A DNA stretch of 64,000 nt from Minisyncoccia bacterium (GCA_049997795.1 JBEKVT010000002.1:129664-193663), one strand, 5' to 3'. Positions 1 through 12,142 are shown, counted from the first letter of the stretch. A program made the numbers and translations. Notes: a model not told the origin generated them from the sequence alone.

Positions 1-702
1 GAGAAATTGAACGACGCCAAGAATCAATTCATCATGATCACCCAGCACCACCTGCGCACGCCGGTCACCAGCCTCATCTGGGGACTGGAGTCCGTTCTGA
101 AGGGGGTGACCGGCGTCATCGGGTCGGAGACGCGCTCGGCGGTCGAAGGCATGAAGTCGTCGGCGGACCGCCTGATGCATATCGTCGACGATTTCCTGAA
201 CATCACCACTCTGAAGATCGGCACGAGCATATTGAACATCTCCGATCGGAGCCTCAAACCGGCCATCGAAGGCATCATCGAGGAGCTTCAGCCGGAGATC
301 AAGCGCATGAACATCGCCGTCTCCTGGCCGCGCAACGACAGGGGCTGGCCCGAGCTCAAGATTGATTACGACAAGATGCGCGAGATCCTCTTCATCGTCG
401 TCGAGAATGCCGTGCGGTACAACCGCGAGGGCGGAATTGTCACGATATCCACGAAGACAGGCGGCGGCTCATTTGAGCTCTCGATCGAGAACACCGGTAT
501 CGGCATCACCCAGGAAGAGGCACGGAAGATCGGCTCGTCGCTCTTCTACCGCGGAGAATGCGCTCGCAAGGCCCATCCTATCGGCATGGGCATCGGCTTG
601 TCCGTCGTCAAGGCCATCGTCAAGGCTCACCATGGGAGTTTTTCTATCGAATCGAAAGGGAAGGAAGAGGGGGCTAAGGTTACAGTGGAATTGCCAAAAT
701 AA
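1..702 (+). CDS. Sensor histidine kinase, C-terminal HisKA+HATPase_c portion; probably 5'-truncated by the window edge
   Basis: ORF 7..702. H-box 'ITQHHLRTPVTSL'. The C-terminus reads 'GMGIGLSVVKAIVKAHHG', an ATP-binding G-box. No sensor domain precedes it, so the gene likely starts upstream of the window. Confidence 0.75.
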   Translation, partial: EKLNDAKNQFIMITQHHLRTPVTSLIWGLESVLKGVTGVIGSETRSAVEGMKSSADRLMHIVDDFLNITTLKIGTSILNISDRSLKPAIEGIIEELQPEIKRMNIAVSWPRNDRGWPELKIDYDKMREILFIVVENAVRYNREGGIVTISTKTGGGSFELSIENTGIGITQEEARKIGSSLFYRGECARKAHPIGMGIGLSVVKAIVKAHHGSFSIESKGKEEGAKVTVELPK

Positions 703-719
703 ATTACGTTGCTGAGATT

Positions 720-1418
720 TTATGCTCCAGTTTCTGCCGTCTTCGGCGCCATCTCGCGGATTCTATCCATGACGACGTTGGCGTAGGCCTTGAAATCGTC
801 GGGTGAGAGGGCGGCAGCGCCGGGCTTGGGGGTGATGTAGATGGGCGCGCCGTAAGTGACAGAGAGCTTGCGGCGGCCGCGGAAGAAATCGGCGGGCGAG
901 AGCCGGAAAGTGCCGCCGAGATAGACGGGTACGATGGGCCGGCCGGTCTTGTATGCGAGATAAGCCACGCCTCCCTTCCCTTCCTGGATCTTGCCGTCGA
1001 GGGTCCGGCGGCCTTCGGGGAAGATGCAGAGATTGCCCCGAAGCCGGAGGATGGCCAGGTGATTCACCAGCGACTTGTCGTAATCATTGAGGCCGGCATA
1101 GACCGGGTGGGCGCCCCAGGCCTTGAAGAAAGTCCCGCCATAGAAGCGCTGGCGCCAGCCGGAATTCTTGTAGAAGGCCCTTTCGCGCGAGGTGTAGAAC
1201 ATCGGGGCGAAGCGGGTGAACATCGGCAGAGAGCCGGGCACGAGAAAAACGTCAAATTCGCTGGAGTGGTTGGTGGCGAAGATGACGTTGGTCTTGAGGC
1301 CTTTCAGATGTTCCAAGCCTTTGATCTCGATATGGCCGCAGAAGATGAACAAGAGGCGGAACGGTATCCAGATGAGCTTCTGAAGAACAAATGGAACAAA
1401 AAAGTGCCAGTTTTTCAC
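720..1418 (-). CDS. plsC: 1-acyl-sn-glycerol-3-phosphate acyltransferase (LPLAT/PlsC family)
   Basis: HX4D motif 'NHSSEFD' and 'FPEGRR' motif. N-terminal hydrophobic anchor. Confidence 0.8.
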   Translation of the reverse strand: MKNWHFFVPFVLQKLIWIPFRLLFIFCGHIEIKGLEHLKGLKTNVIFATNHSSEFDVFLVPGSLPMFTRFAPMFYTSRERAFYKNSGWRQRFYGGTFFKAWGAHPVYAGLNDYDKSLVNHLAILRLRGNLCIFPEGRRTLDGKIQEGKGGVAYLAYKTGRPIVPVYLGGTFRLSPADFFRGRRKLSVTYGAPIYITPKPGAAALSPDDFKAYANVVMDRIREMAPKTAETGA

Positions 1419-1556
1419 CGGAGCATTATATCACGCTTCCCTTGCCATCTCATGGAACAGGTGTTAGCATCATCTCGACGATCCGTTCTTTCCAAATGCA
1501 ACAGGAAGGACGGCCCTATTTTTAACTGCAGATCAACAAGGAAGGAGCAGGTTATC

Positions 1557-2333
1557 ATGAAGAACAGAAAAGAGGGCCGGCCGGCCCTTTGTTACGCGGT
1601 ATTCGGGCTTGCTTTGCTCGCGGCGGCGACCTGTCTCTCGGGTTGCGCCGCCACCGAAGTGGCCCTCGAACACAAGGACCTCAAAGTCTCGACCCAGATG
1701 TCCTCGACCATATTCCTGGACGTGGAGAACCGCACCGCCAGGACCGTCTATCTCGACGTCCGGAACACTTCGGACAAGGATATCGACGTCAGGCCGCTCA
1801 TCGAATCGCGGCTGGTCGCTCAGGGCTATACGGTCACCCCGAACGCCAAGGAGGCCTTCTACATCCTGCAGATGAACATCCTCCAGGTCGGCGTGGCCGA
1901 TCCGTCCGCCGCGCACGAATCATTGTACGCGGGCTGGGGCGGTCAGCTTGCCGGGGGAGTGGCCGGAGCGATGATCGGCGGCAACCGGACGTCGAATTCC
2001 TTCGGGGGCGCGATGAACGGCGCCGGGATCGGCGGGCTTGTCGGCGGAGCCGGTGAATTGATCGCCGGAGCGCTGGTCAAGAACGTGACCTATTCGATCA
2101 TCACCGACCTGCAGATCCTCGAGAGGACGGATGAAGCGGTCAAGCAGACCGTGCAATCCGACCTAGCCCAGGGTACCGGCACGCGCGTTCTCCAGACGAG
2201 CGAGAGCACGCAAGGCCGGAAGAAGTATCAGACCAGGATCCTTTCTACGGCGAACCAGGTCAACTTGAAATTCGAACAGGCCCTGCCAATCCTCGAGGAG
2301 CAGCTCGCCAAATCGGTGGCAGGTCTGCTGTGA
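1557..2333 (+). CDS. traT: TraT-like complement-resistance / surface-exclusion outer-membrane lipoprotein
   Basis: The track ORF 1059..2333 was trimmed to the ATG at 1557, which follows AGGAG. Lipobox 'LSGCAA'. The whole sequence aligns to F-plasmid TraT: 'VSTQMSSTIFLDV...NTSDKD', 'YQTRILSTANQVNLKFEQALPILEEQLAKSVAGLL'. Confidence 0.8.
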   Translation: MKNRKEGRPALCYAVFGLALLAAATCLSGCAATEVALEHKDLKVSTQMSSTIFLDVENRTARTVYLDVRNTSDKDIDVRPLIESRLVAQGYTVTPNAKEAFYILQMNILQVGVADPSAAHESLYAGWGGQLAGGVAGAMIGGNRTSNSFGGAMNGAGIGGLVGGAGELIAGALVKNVTYSIITDLQILERTDEAVKQTVQSDLAQGTGTRVLQTSESTQGRKKYQTRILSTANQVNLKFEQALPILEEQLAKSVAGLL

Positions 2334-2353
2334 CCTTCACGGCGCGGCCTCCG

Positions 2354-2386
2354 GAGCGACGCACCCGCGTCGCTCTTTTTTATTGC
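2354..2386. terminator. Bidirectional rho-independent terminator between convergent traT and tatD
   Basis: 'GGAGCGACGCacccGCGTCGCTC' followed by TTTTTTATT. Confidence 0.55.
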
Positions 2387-2387
2387 T

Positions 2388-3212
2388 TCACAAGCTCACT
2401 CCCCACACTCTCCTGGCATTCTCGAGCAGGGCTTTTTCTACCTCCTCGAGCGGCAGTTTCTTGATGCGGGCGATCTTGTCGACGACTTCGGAGACGTAGG
2501 CCGGCTCGTTGCGCTCGCCTCTGTGGGGCACCGGAGCGACGAAGGGACAGTCAGTCTCGGCTTGGATCATATCGAGAGGCACGTACTCGACAAGCTCGGC
2601 ATATTGTTTGGCGAAAGTTATGGCCCCGGTGAACGAGAGGGTGAAGCCGAGATCAAGGAACCGGCGGGCCTCTTCGATGGTGCCGGCGAAGAAATGGGAA
2701 TCGCCCTTGACCTTGGCGTGGGCCGCGAGGATATCCAGGGCGTCGCCGTAAGCCTCCCGGATATGGAGCATGAGCGGCTTGCCAGATTCGTTGGCGAGGG
2801 CTATCTGCGCGATAAAGGCTTCTTTCTGTTTGGCGATCGAGTCGGCCGGCAGGCGGTGATAATCGAGACCGCACTCCCCTACCCCAACGACCTTCGGATG
2901 CTTGAGCAATTCCCGATAGACAACAGGGTCGAATGTCTCGCCGCGCGACGTGAATCCGCCTCCACCCTTTCCCAGCTCCTTCTCGTCATGGAAAGAGGCC
3001 GAGGTATGTATGGGGTGCAAGCCGACGATGGCATAGGCGCCTTCCGGATATTCCTCCGCTAATTCAAGGGCTTTTCCGGAGGTATCGATCTGGGTGCCTA
3101 CGTTTATGAAAGCCGTGCCAGCGCGAAGAGCGCGCTTGGCCGTCGCCTCCCTGTCCGCGTCAAAGGCCGCGAAATTCAGGTGAGCGTGAATGTCGATGCG
3201 GCGGAACGGCAC
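2388..3212 (-). CDS. tatD: TatD-family metal-dependent hydrolase / DNase
   Basis: 'IDIHAHLNF' start. 'VGECGLDYH' motif. Typical length of 274 aa. Confidence 0.85.
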   Translation of the reverse strand: MPFRRIDIHAHLNFAAFDADREATAKRALRAGTAFINVGTQIDTSGKALELAEEYPEGAYAIVGLHPIHTSASFHDEKELGKGGGGFTSRGETFDPVVYRELLKHPKVVGVGECGLDYHRLPADSIAKQKEAFIAQIALANESGKPLMLHIREAYGDALDILAAHAKVKGDSHFFAGTIEEARRFLDLGFTLSFTGAITFAKQYAELVEYVPLDMIQAETDCPFVAPVPHRGERNEPAYVSEVVDKIARIKKLPLEEVEKALLENARRVWGVSL

Positions 3213-3215
3213 GAC

Positions 3216-4445
3216 TTATATCTCGGTCTCGGAGGTATTGGTGATGATGAGATTGGCAGCCGGCGTATAGACCGGATCGCCCGAGACGCCGTCGGTGCAG
3301 GACAGATTGAAGTAATAGTGCCCGGTGGGAGAAGAGGTGTTGGTCGCCATCTGGGCGGTCGAACCCGTGCCGGTGAAGTTGGTGCCGGTCCAATTCGAGG
3401 TGAAGCTCGAGGGCGCGGTCTGGCCCGGAGGCGGAGTGACCGAGGCAGTGCAGGTGTATCCGGCGGGCAGGCTGTTCACCCATTTGACCACCACCGGCTG
3501 GCTTTGAGTGATGGTCAGGGAGCATGCCGTGGCAGAGGATGAGGTGTTGCCGATGTAGAGGGCGATCGAGCCCTGGTTGCAATTGCTGTTCACGCCAGCC
3601 ACCGTCACGTTGCCGCAATTCGGCGAGGCCGTGGCCTGCAGGCTCTGATTGTTGTGGTCGCGGACCACGAGGCTCGGGCCGAAGCCGCCCGGGGTGCTGT
3701 AGCTTATGGTATCGGTAGTGTTAGAGCCCCAGCCGCCGCCGCTCCAGTTGTAATCGTAGCTGCCGGAGCCGCCGGAAGGATAGGCGGTGAAGGTCACGTT
3801 GCCGGCGGAAGAGAGATTGGTCGGAGACGACGGGCTACAGTATGCCGCCACGGCCGTCGAGACGAGCTTGACGCCCTTGGTTGGCCCGGCGGGATCGTTG
3901 AACTCTATCCAACCGACGACCGATCCGCCCCAGGCGTAGCCGACGAGGGTGTTGTCGCTGGTCTTCAGGGTGACGCCGCCGTTGCCGCTCGTGTCTCCCG
4001 TCACGTGGTTGGGGCCGGATAATTCTATCCAGCCGTCCCAGCCGTCGCTCCTAGACGTCATGCTGGAGCAATTTCCGGAAGCGGTCCCGGCGCAGGCCCT
4101 GGCCCAGCCGTTGACCGCTCCGGTCGACAATACCAGGGTGGCGTTGGTCGCGCTCGTCCCGCCCGAGGGGAAGCTCGACAGGCCGCCGAATTTGATCCAG
4201 CCGATGCCCGAAGACCACATATAGCCGGTGATATTGTTCAAGCTGTCCACCTGGAGGCCGTACGGTCCGCCGCCGGCTCCAGCGTCAGTGGAGCTCGCCG
4301 ACAGCCAGCCGACATTCGACGACCAGGCCCAGCCCGAAAGATAGCCGGTGGTCGTCTGGGCATTAGTGGGCATGGTGCGGATGACGGCGACGAAGATCGC
4401 CGCGACGACGAGCAAGGCTGTCAGGCCGAGAAGGAGTTTTTTCAT
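3216..4445 (-). CDS. Secreted Gly/Ser/Thr-rich repeat protein with GW-type repeats and a 'GSGSYDYNWSGG' beta-sandwich-like module
   Basis: N-terminal signal/TM 'MKKLLLGLTALLVVAAIFVAV'. Repeated 'GW..S.N.GW(I/L)' motifs. It shares the 'GG.G.Y.Y.WSG' motif with ORF 34891..36192. Confidence 0.55.
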   Translation of the reverse strand: MKKLLLGLTALLVVAAIFVAVIRTMPTNAQTTTGYLSGWAWSSNVGWLSASSTDAGAGGGPYGLQVDSLNNITGYMWSSGIGWIKFGGLSSFPSGGTSATNATLVLSTGAVNGWARACAGTASGNCSSMTSRSDGWDGWIELSGPNHVTGDTSGNGGVTLKTSDNTLVGYAWGGSVVGWIEFNDPAGPTKGVKLVSTAVAAYCSPSSPTNLSSAGNVTFTAYPSGGSGSYDYNWSGGGWGSNTTDTISYSTPGGFGPSLVVRDHNNQSLQATASPNCGNVTVAGVNSNCNQGSIALYIGNTSSSATACSLTITQSQPVVVKWVNSLPAGYTCTASVTPPPGQTAPSSFTSNWTGTNFTGTGSTAQMATNTSSPTGHYYFNLSCTDGVSGDPVYTPAANLIITNTSETEI

Positions 4446-4557
4446 ATTGAAACGGCGGAAGAGAACGGTGCTTCTTAATTGTACATCATGGCAGGGGCCC
4501 TGACGAGGATGATGTGGACAAAACGGAGCCCTTTCGACATCCCTTACTTAATGGCTT

Positions 4558-6726
<2,169 letters not shown>

Positions 6727-6819
6727 GCAGGAAATAGTAGCAGAAAAACGCCCCGAACGAAAACCGCGCCTTGAAGCGCGGGTTTCGGGATCTTAGATCA
6801 GAGGATGCGGTCAGTTGCC

Positions 6820-7179
6820 TTAGAAGTGGTTTCCAAAACCGCCGCGGCCGTTGAAGCCGCCGTAGACCGGAGGAAAATATCGCACCGTCGGGACGAAATA
6901 GTTGTAATAGTAGCCGTTCGGGTAGGTCACCTGGAAGGTCCCGGTGTTGTAGTGAGTGGGAGCGGGCGGGTATGAATTGCCGTAACCGTTGCCCCAGTTG
7001 CCGTGACCGCCGCCATTCCAATTGCCGTTCCCGTTGCCGGTCCAGCCGCCATTGTGGTTGCTCGAGCCGGAACCGCTCCATTGGGCTGAAGCTAGACCGG
7101 GCGTAGAGACAAGAACGGCCGCTATGATCGCCAAGGCGATCACCCCCGCAAAAGACTGTATTTTAAGGCTATTTTGCAT
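6820..7179 (-). CDS. Small secreted Gly/Asn/Trp-rich protein
   Basis: Start trimmed to 'MQNSLKI...' with a signal peptide ending 'GLASA'. Low-complexity 'GNGNGNWNGGGHGNWGNGYG'. Confidence 0.4.
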   Translation of the reverse strand: MQNSLKIQSFAGVIALAIIAAVLVSTPGLASAQWSGSGSSNHNGGWTGNGNGNWNGGGHGNWGNGYGNSYPPAPTHYNTGTFQVTYPNGYYYNYFVPTVRYFPPVYGGFNGRGGFGNHF

Positions 7180-7285
7180 GATTATGTATATGATTAAGGT
7201 ATAATACGGCAACGACCGGCTATTGGGTATTGCTTGTCGCATGCTATGTTAATGACACAGAAATGTCAAGTATGTCCATACTTCC

Positions 7286-8596
7286 ATGATCATCCTCGGG
7301 ATTGAGACTTCATGCGATGAGACGGCCCTGGCGCTTCTCGAGACGCGAGGGCATGGAGCGCCAGCCGGCCGGCGGATCGAATGCCGCGTGATATCCTCTC
7401 TCGTCCATTCGCAAGCGGACCTGCACAGCCCTTACGGCGGCGTCTTCCCTTCCCTCGCCAAGCGCGAACACGGCAAGAACCTCGTGCCGCTTTTGCACAA
7501 GCTGCTCACGGAGGCGGAACGGGAAGAGGCCCTGAAGAGTACGACGTCGGCGCGGCCATCGCGCCGCGTCTCATTCTCGCCGACGCATGGAAACCGGCAT
7601 TCCGATATCGAGCGTGCGTCGGCTCCGAAAGCCTCTTCAGAACCTCTTCCCGTTCCGCTCGAAGACATCCTCGAGCAGTTCCGTGCCGAGGTAGCGCCTC
7701 AGAATCCGGAACTGTTCGAATCTTTTGCCGCGGCCGATTTCCTGAAAGACGCGCCGCCTATGATAGACAAGATCGCCGTGACCGAAGGGCCGGGTTTGGA
7801 GCCGACTCTGTGGGTCGGCATAAATTTCGCCAGGATGCTCGCGGCTCTCTGGAAGGCGCCGATCGTGCCTGTCGACCACATGGAGGGGCACATCGTCGGC
7901 TCGCTCCTTGCGCCGGAGGCGATGGACGGCGCCTGGCACGGATTGCACGAAGCGCCGATGCCGGCCGTCGCTCTTCTCATAAGCGGCGGCCACACGGAAT
8001 TGGTGGAAGTGCGGAAGATCGGCGATTATAAAGTCATCGGCAAGACCCGGGACGATGCCGTGGGCGAAGCTTTCGACAAGGCGGCCAGGCTTATCGGCCT
8101 GCCCTATCCGGGAGGGCCGCATATAGAAGAACTCTCGCAGCTGGCGCGGGCGGAAAATCTGGAGCCGCCGGTAAAACTCCCCCGCCCGATGGTGAATAGC
8201 GGGAACCTCGATTTTTCCTTTTCAGGCCTGAAGACGGCCGTGCTGTACGCGGTGCGAGCCGCGCCGAAAGATCGGGGCGGAGTTTTGAGCGACGAATGGA
8301 AAAAAGGCCTGGCCCGCGAATTCGAACAGGCCGTTGTCGAGACTCTGGAAGCAAAATTGCGCTCGGCCGTAGAAAAGACCGGCGCGCGATCGATAATCGT
8401 GGGCGGCGGCGTCTCCGCCAACCGTTCCTTGCAGGAGAATTTCAAAAAAATCGCGGCGGAAAACGGCATCCCGCTCTTCCTGCCGACGCAGCATGTCTCC
8501 GGCGACAATGCTCTGATGATCGCTCTTGCCGGAGCCATGCATGACGAGACGAGAGCGCCCGGGAAAATCCGGGCGCATGGCACGAAAAGCCTTTGA
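7286..8596 (+). CDS. tsaD: tRNA N6-adenosine threonylcarbamoyltransferase TsaD carrying a ~95-aa low-complexity insertion
   Basis: 'MIILGIETSCDETALAL', 'HMEGH', 'GGGVSAN'. An insertion lies between 'LLHKLLTEAE' and 'IDKIAVTEGPGL'. Confidence 0.8.
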   Translation: MIILGIETSCDETALALLETRGHGAPAGRRIECRVISSLVHSQADLHSPYGGVFPSLAKREHGKNLVPLLHKLLTEAEREEALKSTTSARPSRRVSFSPTHGNRHSDIERASAPKASSEPLPVPLEDILEQFRAEVAPQNPELFESFAAADFLKDAPPMIDKIAVTEGPGLEPTLWVGINFARMLAALWKAPIVPVDHMEGHIVGSLLAPEAMDGAWHGLHEAPMPAVALLISGGHTELVEVRKIGDYKVIGKTRDDAVGEAFDKAARLIGLPYPGGPHIEELSQLARAENLEPPVKLPRPMVNSGNLDFSFSGLKTAVLYAVRAAPKDRGGVLSDEWKKGLAREFEQAVVETLEAKLRSAVEKTGARSIIVGGGVSANRSLQENFKKIAAENGIPLFLPTQHVSGDNALMIALAGAMHDETRAPGKIRAHGTKSL

Positions 8597-8621
8597 CGGC
8601 TCTCCGAATCCCGCAAGAAAG

Positions 8622-8888
8622 TCACCGCCTGATGACGAACCTGAGGAAAGAGACGACGGCGAGGAGGACGGCTCCAGCGATTACTCCGGCATATCCGAAT
8701 AGCCCGAGCCCCCTTCCCATGCCGAAGATGGCGTCATAGACAAAACCGACCGCCACCAGCTCGACATAGTACGGGAAGAGCCAAGCGGCGACGAGACCGA
8801 GCGGCAGGGCGACATACCATAGGCCGAGGATGGCGCAGAGCGTGATGACGACGTCGATGATGATGCGTAAGGTGAGTTTATTGTCCAT
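8622..8888 (-). CDS. Small integral membrane protein (3 TM)
   Basis: Hydrophobic 88-aa ORF between tsaD and mreC. Confidence 0.35.
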   Translation of the reverse strand: MDNKLTLRIIIDVVITLCAILGLWYVALPLGLVAAWLFPYYVELVAVGFVYDAIFGMGRGLGLFGYAGVIAGAVLLAVVSFLRFVIRR

Positions 8889-8949
8889 GGCGATCGGCTT
8901 TAGAGCGACAGACTTGATATGACAGGAGAGAGATCGTTAAACAGCAAGG

Positions 8950-9774
8950 TCATTTGGATTTCGGCTTAAGGTTCTTGTCCGGCGAGTTCAATTGAAGAAG
9001 GACCCAGCGCAATCCGGAAACGTTGACCGGCGGGGCGATGAGGATCTCGTCGAACGGATTCGATGGCCCGGAGACGACCGAGACGACGACACCGAAGGGA
9101 CCGTCGTAGAGCGACGGGTCGCTGACGAAGTCGCCGGCCGCGACGGACGAGCCGTGAGACAACTCGGCCCGGTACTGTCCGTCGCCGCGGCCGACGGCCG
9201 TGGCCGGCAGACGATCAGCGCCGATGAAGACGTTGTACGTTTCTCCGGGAGAGCTCAGCAGAGCCACCTCGGAGGTACGGGAAAGGACCGACACGACTCG
9301 GCCGATCAAGACATTGCCGGGAGCATAGACGAGGCTGGTCGTAGATACGCCATCGCTCCGACCGAGATCTATCGTCAATCCGTCATACGGCACCCATTGC
9401 GGGCGGGCGAGGACCGCCGCCAAGACGTACGGGGAGGGAGTGGTCGAGGCCCGGCCGAGCAAGGCCTTGAGCTCTGCGTTCTCGGTTTGGAGCATGGCCA
9501 CGGACGAGCTCGCGACATAGAGCTTCAGGGCGGCAAGCTCCGTTTGGAGAGCCGCGTTCTCAGCCAAGAGCTCCGCCGGCGATCGGAGGGCGCCGCTCTC
9601 TATCGAGAATCGCTCGCGCCAGAACGGCACGGCCAGGCTCGTGAAGAGCCCGGGGAAAACGGACGGCAAGGACCATTGGACGAGGATGACCAGGAATATC
9701 AAAAAGACGGCAGAGCCCAGGGCGGCGCGCTTCCGGCGCGACAGGGGCAGCTTATGAGGACGAAGGTATGTCAT
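8950..9774 (-). CDS. mreC: Rod shape-determining protein MreC
   Basis: N-terminal TM, coiled-coil 'ENAALQTELAALK...ENAELKALLG', C-terminal beta domain. Sits directly downstream of mreB and overlaps it by 23 nt. Confidence 0.75.
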   Translation of the reverse strand: MTYLRPHKLPLSRRKRAALGSAVFLIFLVILVQWSLPSVFPGLFTSLAVPFWRERFSIESGALRSPAELLAENAALQTELAALKLYVASSSVAMLQTENAELKALLGRASTTPSPYVLAAVLARPQWVPYDGLTIDLGRSDGVSTTSLVYAPGNVLIGRVVSVLSRTSEVALLSSPGETYNVFIGADRLPATAVGRGDGQYRAELSHGSSVAAGDFVSDPSLYDGPFGVVVSVVSGPSNPFDEILIAPPVNVSGLRWVLLQLNSPDKNLKPKSK

Positions 9775-10816
9775 CTTCGCTTTCGATCAAGACGGAGCGG
9801 TAACGGTCGATGTCTTCGAGGATGGCGCCGGCGCCCCGAGCCACGGCTGAGAGCGGGTCGTCGGCTATCGAGACCGGGAGCTTCAAGGTCTCGACGAGCA
9901 GGGCGTCGAGGCCTTTGATCAGAGCGCCGCCGCCCACGAGGTGCATGCCTCGGCGCATGACGTCGGAAAGGATCTCCGGCGGGGTGGTCTCCAGGACTTC
10001 TTTGGTCGCTTCGAGGATGGTCTCTATCGAGCTCGCCATGGCTTCGCGGATGTCGGAATCCGTGATGACGACTTCGCGAGGAAGCCCGGTGATGAGGTCG
10101 CGGCCGCGGATGGTCGTCTCCATGGGCTCGTCAGGCATGACCGCCCCGACGGCCATCTTCACCTGTTCGGCGGTGGTCTCGCCGATCAATATCTTGAATT
10201 CGTTCCTGATGTAAGAGACGATGTCGTTGTTCAATCGGTCGCCGGCGATCTTCAGGTTCTTGGAGCGGACGATGCCGCCGAGCGAGATCACGGCGATATC
10301 GGTCGTACCGCCGCCGATGTCGATGATCATCGAGCCGACGGGGTCGTGGACAGGCAGGCGGATGCCTATGGCCCCGGCCATGGGCTGCTCGATGATGTGG
10401 ACTTCGCGGGCGCCGGCGTTCCTCGTGGCGTCGCGCACGGCCCGGACTTCGACGTTGGTCACGCCGGAAGGCACACCGACCACCACTCTGGGCCCGAAAG
10501 GCTTCTTCGGCATGTATTCGGAGGCCCGCTTCATGAGGTAAGAGAGCATCTCCTCGGTCACTTCGAAGTCAGAGATGACGCCGTCGACGAGCGGCCTTAC
10601 AGCTGTGATATGGGCCGGCGTCCTACCGAGCATCTCTTTGGCGGCGGCGCCCACGGCCACCACCTGGCCGGTCTTCTCATTCACAGCCACGACCGACGGT
10701 TCGTTCACCACTATGCCCTTTCCGCGCACGTAAACAAGGGTATTTGCCGTGCCGAGGTCGATGCCAATATCGTTCGAAAAACGGCTGAAAAACCGGTCTT
10801 TCCACTCTTTGAACAT
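9752..10816 (-). CDS. mreB: Rod shape-determining protein MreB (actin-like)
   Basis: 'IGIDLGTANTLVYV', 'NEPSVVAV', 'DIGGGTTDIAVISLGGIV'. Confidence 0.9.
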   Translation of the reverse strand: MFKEWKDRFFSRFSNDIGIDLGTANTLVYVRGKGIVVNEPSVVAVNEKTGQVVAVGAAAKEMLGRTPAHITAVRPLVDGVISDFEVTEEMLSYLMKRASEYMPKKPFGPRVVVGVPSGVTNVEVRAVRDATRNAGAREVHIIEQPMAGAIGIRLPVHDPVGSMIIDIGGGTTDIAVISLGGIVRSKNLKIAGDRLNNDIVSYIRNEFKILIGETTAEQVKMAVGAVMPDEPMETTIRGRDLITGLPREVVITDSDIREAMASSIETILEATKEVLETTPPEILSDVMRRGMHLVGGGALIKGLDALLVETLKLPVSIADDPLSAVARGAGAILEDIDRYRSVLIESEDDIPSSS

Positions 10817-10906
10817 ACGGGAACATTACCACAAACCGCAAATATCGAGTAATTGACACCTCCACCTAAAAATGTTGAAAGATGCGGTTTTTTCTATACT
10901 AAATTT

Positions 10907-12142
10907 TTAGAGCGACTTCAGCTTTACCATCTCCACCTTCCCCGTCGCCCGGTCTTTGACCTCCACTGAATCGTCTTTAAGGGTTTTTTCGCTCACCACA
11001 TAGCGCTTGGGAATGCCAATAAGATCGGCGTCGCTGAATTTCTCGCCGGCGGAGGCTTCGCGGTCGTCGTACAGCACCTCGACACCCCTCTTCGTCATCT
11101 TGGTATACAAATCGTCAGCCGCCTTTTTCACCTTTCCCGCTTCGTCGTATAACGCCACCAGATGCACGGCGAACGGCGCCACTGATTCCGGCCAGACCAG
11201 TCCCTTGTCATCGGCATGGATCTCCACGATCGTGCCCATCACTCTGCCCGGACCGATGCCGTAGCTGCCCATGACGACCGGCTTGGACTTCCCCGCAGCA
11301 TCCTTGTAATTCAGGCCGAGCGCCTCGGAGAACCTAGTGCCCAACTGGAAGATGTTGCCGACTTCGATGGCCTTCTTCTCGACGAGCTCTTTCTTGTTCA
11401 GCTTTAGATCCTTGAGCACTTCGTCGCTCATGACCTCCTTGTTCACGGCGATCTTCTTGCCTTCATGCACATATATAGTATCCTCGCCGGCTTCGGAGAC
11501 CGTCTGGAACTCGTGGGAATATTTCGAGAACGAGCCGCCGGAGGAAAAAGTCACATAAGTCTCGGCGCCAAGGCCCAAGCGGTCGAATATCTTGACGTAC
11601 GCCTTCTTGGCCTTCTCGTAGAAAGCGTCTTGCTCCTTGACGTCCTTGCAGAACGAATATAGATCCTTCATCAGGAATTCCCTGCCGCGCAGGATGCCGC
11701 TCTTGGCCCGCTCCTCGTTGCGGAACTTGGTCTGGAATTGATAGACAGCCGTCGGCAGATCGCGGAACGAGCGGATGTGGTCCTTCATGAGGGCCGTCAG
11801 GGGTTCCTCATGGGTGAAGCTCAAACCGGTTTCGGCGCCGTTCTTGAACTTTGTCTTGAACCAATTATCCACCACCTCGTCGCTCCACCGGTTGGTCGTC
11901 TCCCATATCTTCTTGTCCTGAAGGGCCGCCAGGTAGACTTCCTGCCCGCCGATCGCGTCCATCTCATCGCGGATGACGTCGACGATCTTGTTCATGACGC
12001 GAAGGCCCAAAGGCAAGTATGAATAAACGCCTGCCATCTCCTTGTGGATGTAGCCGGCCCGGATCAGAAGCTCCGCGTTCTTGGCGACTTCGTCTTTGGG
12101 CGCTTCCCGGCGGGTCTTGGTGAAAAGCTGCGATTGGCGCAT
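10907..12142 (-). CDS. proS: Proline--tRNA ligase (short form without the INS editing domain)
   Basis: 'MRQSQLFTKTRREAPKD' N-terminus. Class II motifs ('FRNEERAKSGILRGREF'). 411 aa. Confidence 0.85.
   Translation of the reverse strand: MRQSQLFTKTRREAPKDEVAKNAELLIRAGYIHKEMAGVYSYLPLGLRVMNKIVDVIRDEMDAIGGQEVYLAALQDKKIWETTNRWSDEVVDNWFKTKFKNGAETGLSFTHEEPLTALMKDHIRSFRDLPTAVYQFQTKFRNEERAKSGILRGREFLMKDLYSFCKDVKEQDAFYEKAKKAYVKIFDRLGLGAETYVTFSSGGSFSKYSHEFQTVSEAGEDTIYVHEGKKIAVNKEVMSDEVLKDLKLNKKELVEKKAIEVGNIFQLGTRFSEALGLNYKDAAGKSKPVVMGSYGIGPGRVMGTIVEIHADDKGLVWPESVAPFAVHLVALYDEAGKVKKAADDLYTKMTKRGVEVLYDDREASAGEKFSDADLIGIPKRYVVSEKTLKDDSVEVKDRATGKVEMVKLKSL

Noticed and set aside
1059-1556. N-terminal 166-aa extension of the TraT ORF, overlapping plsC on the opposite strand.
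   Set aside because: TraT homology begins at the Met at 1557, which is preceded by AGGAG and followed by a lipoprotein signal peptide. The extension is antisense to plsC.
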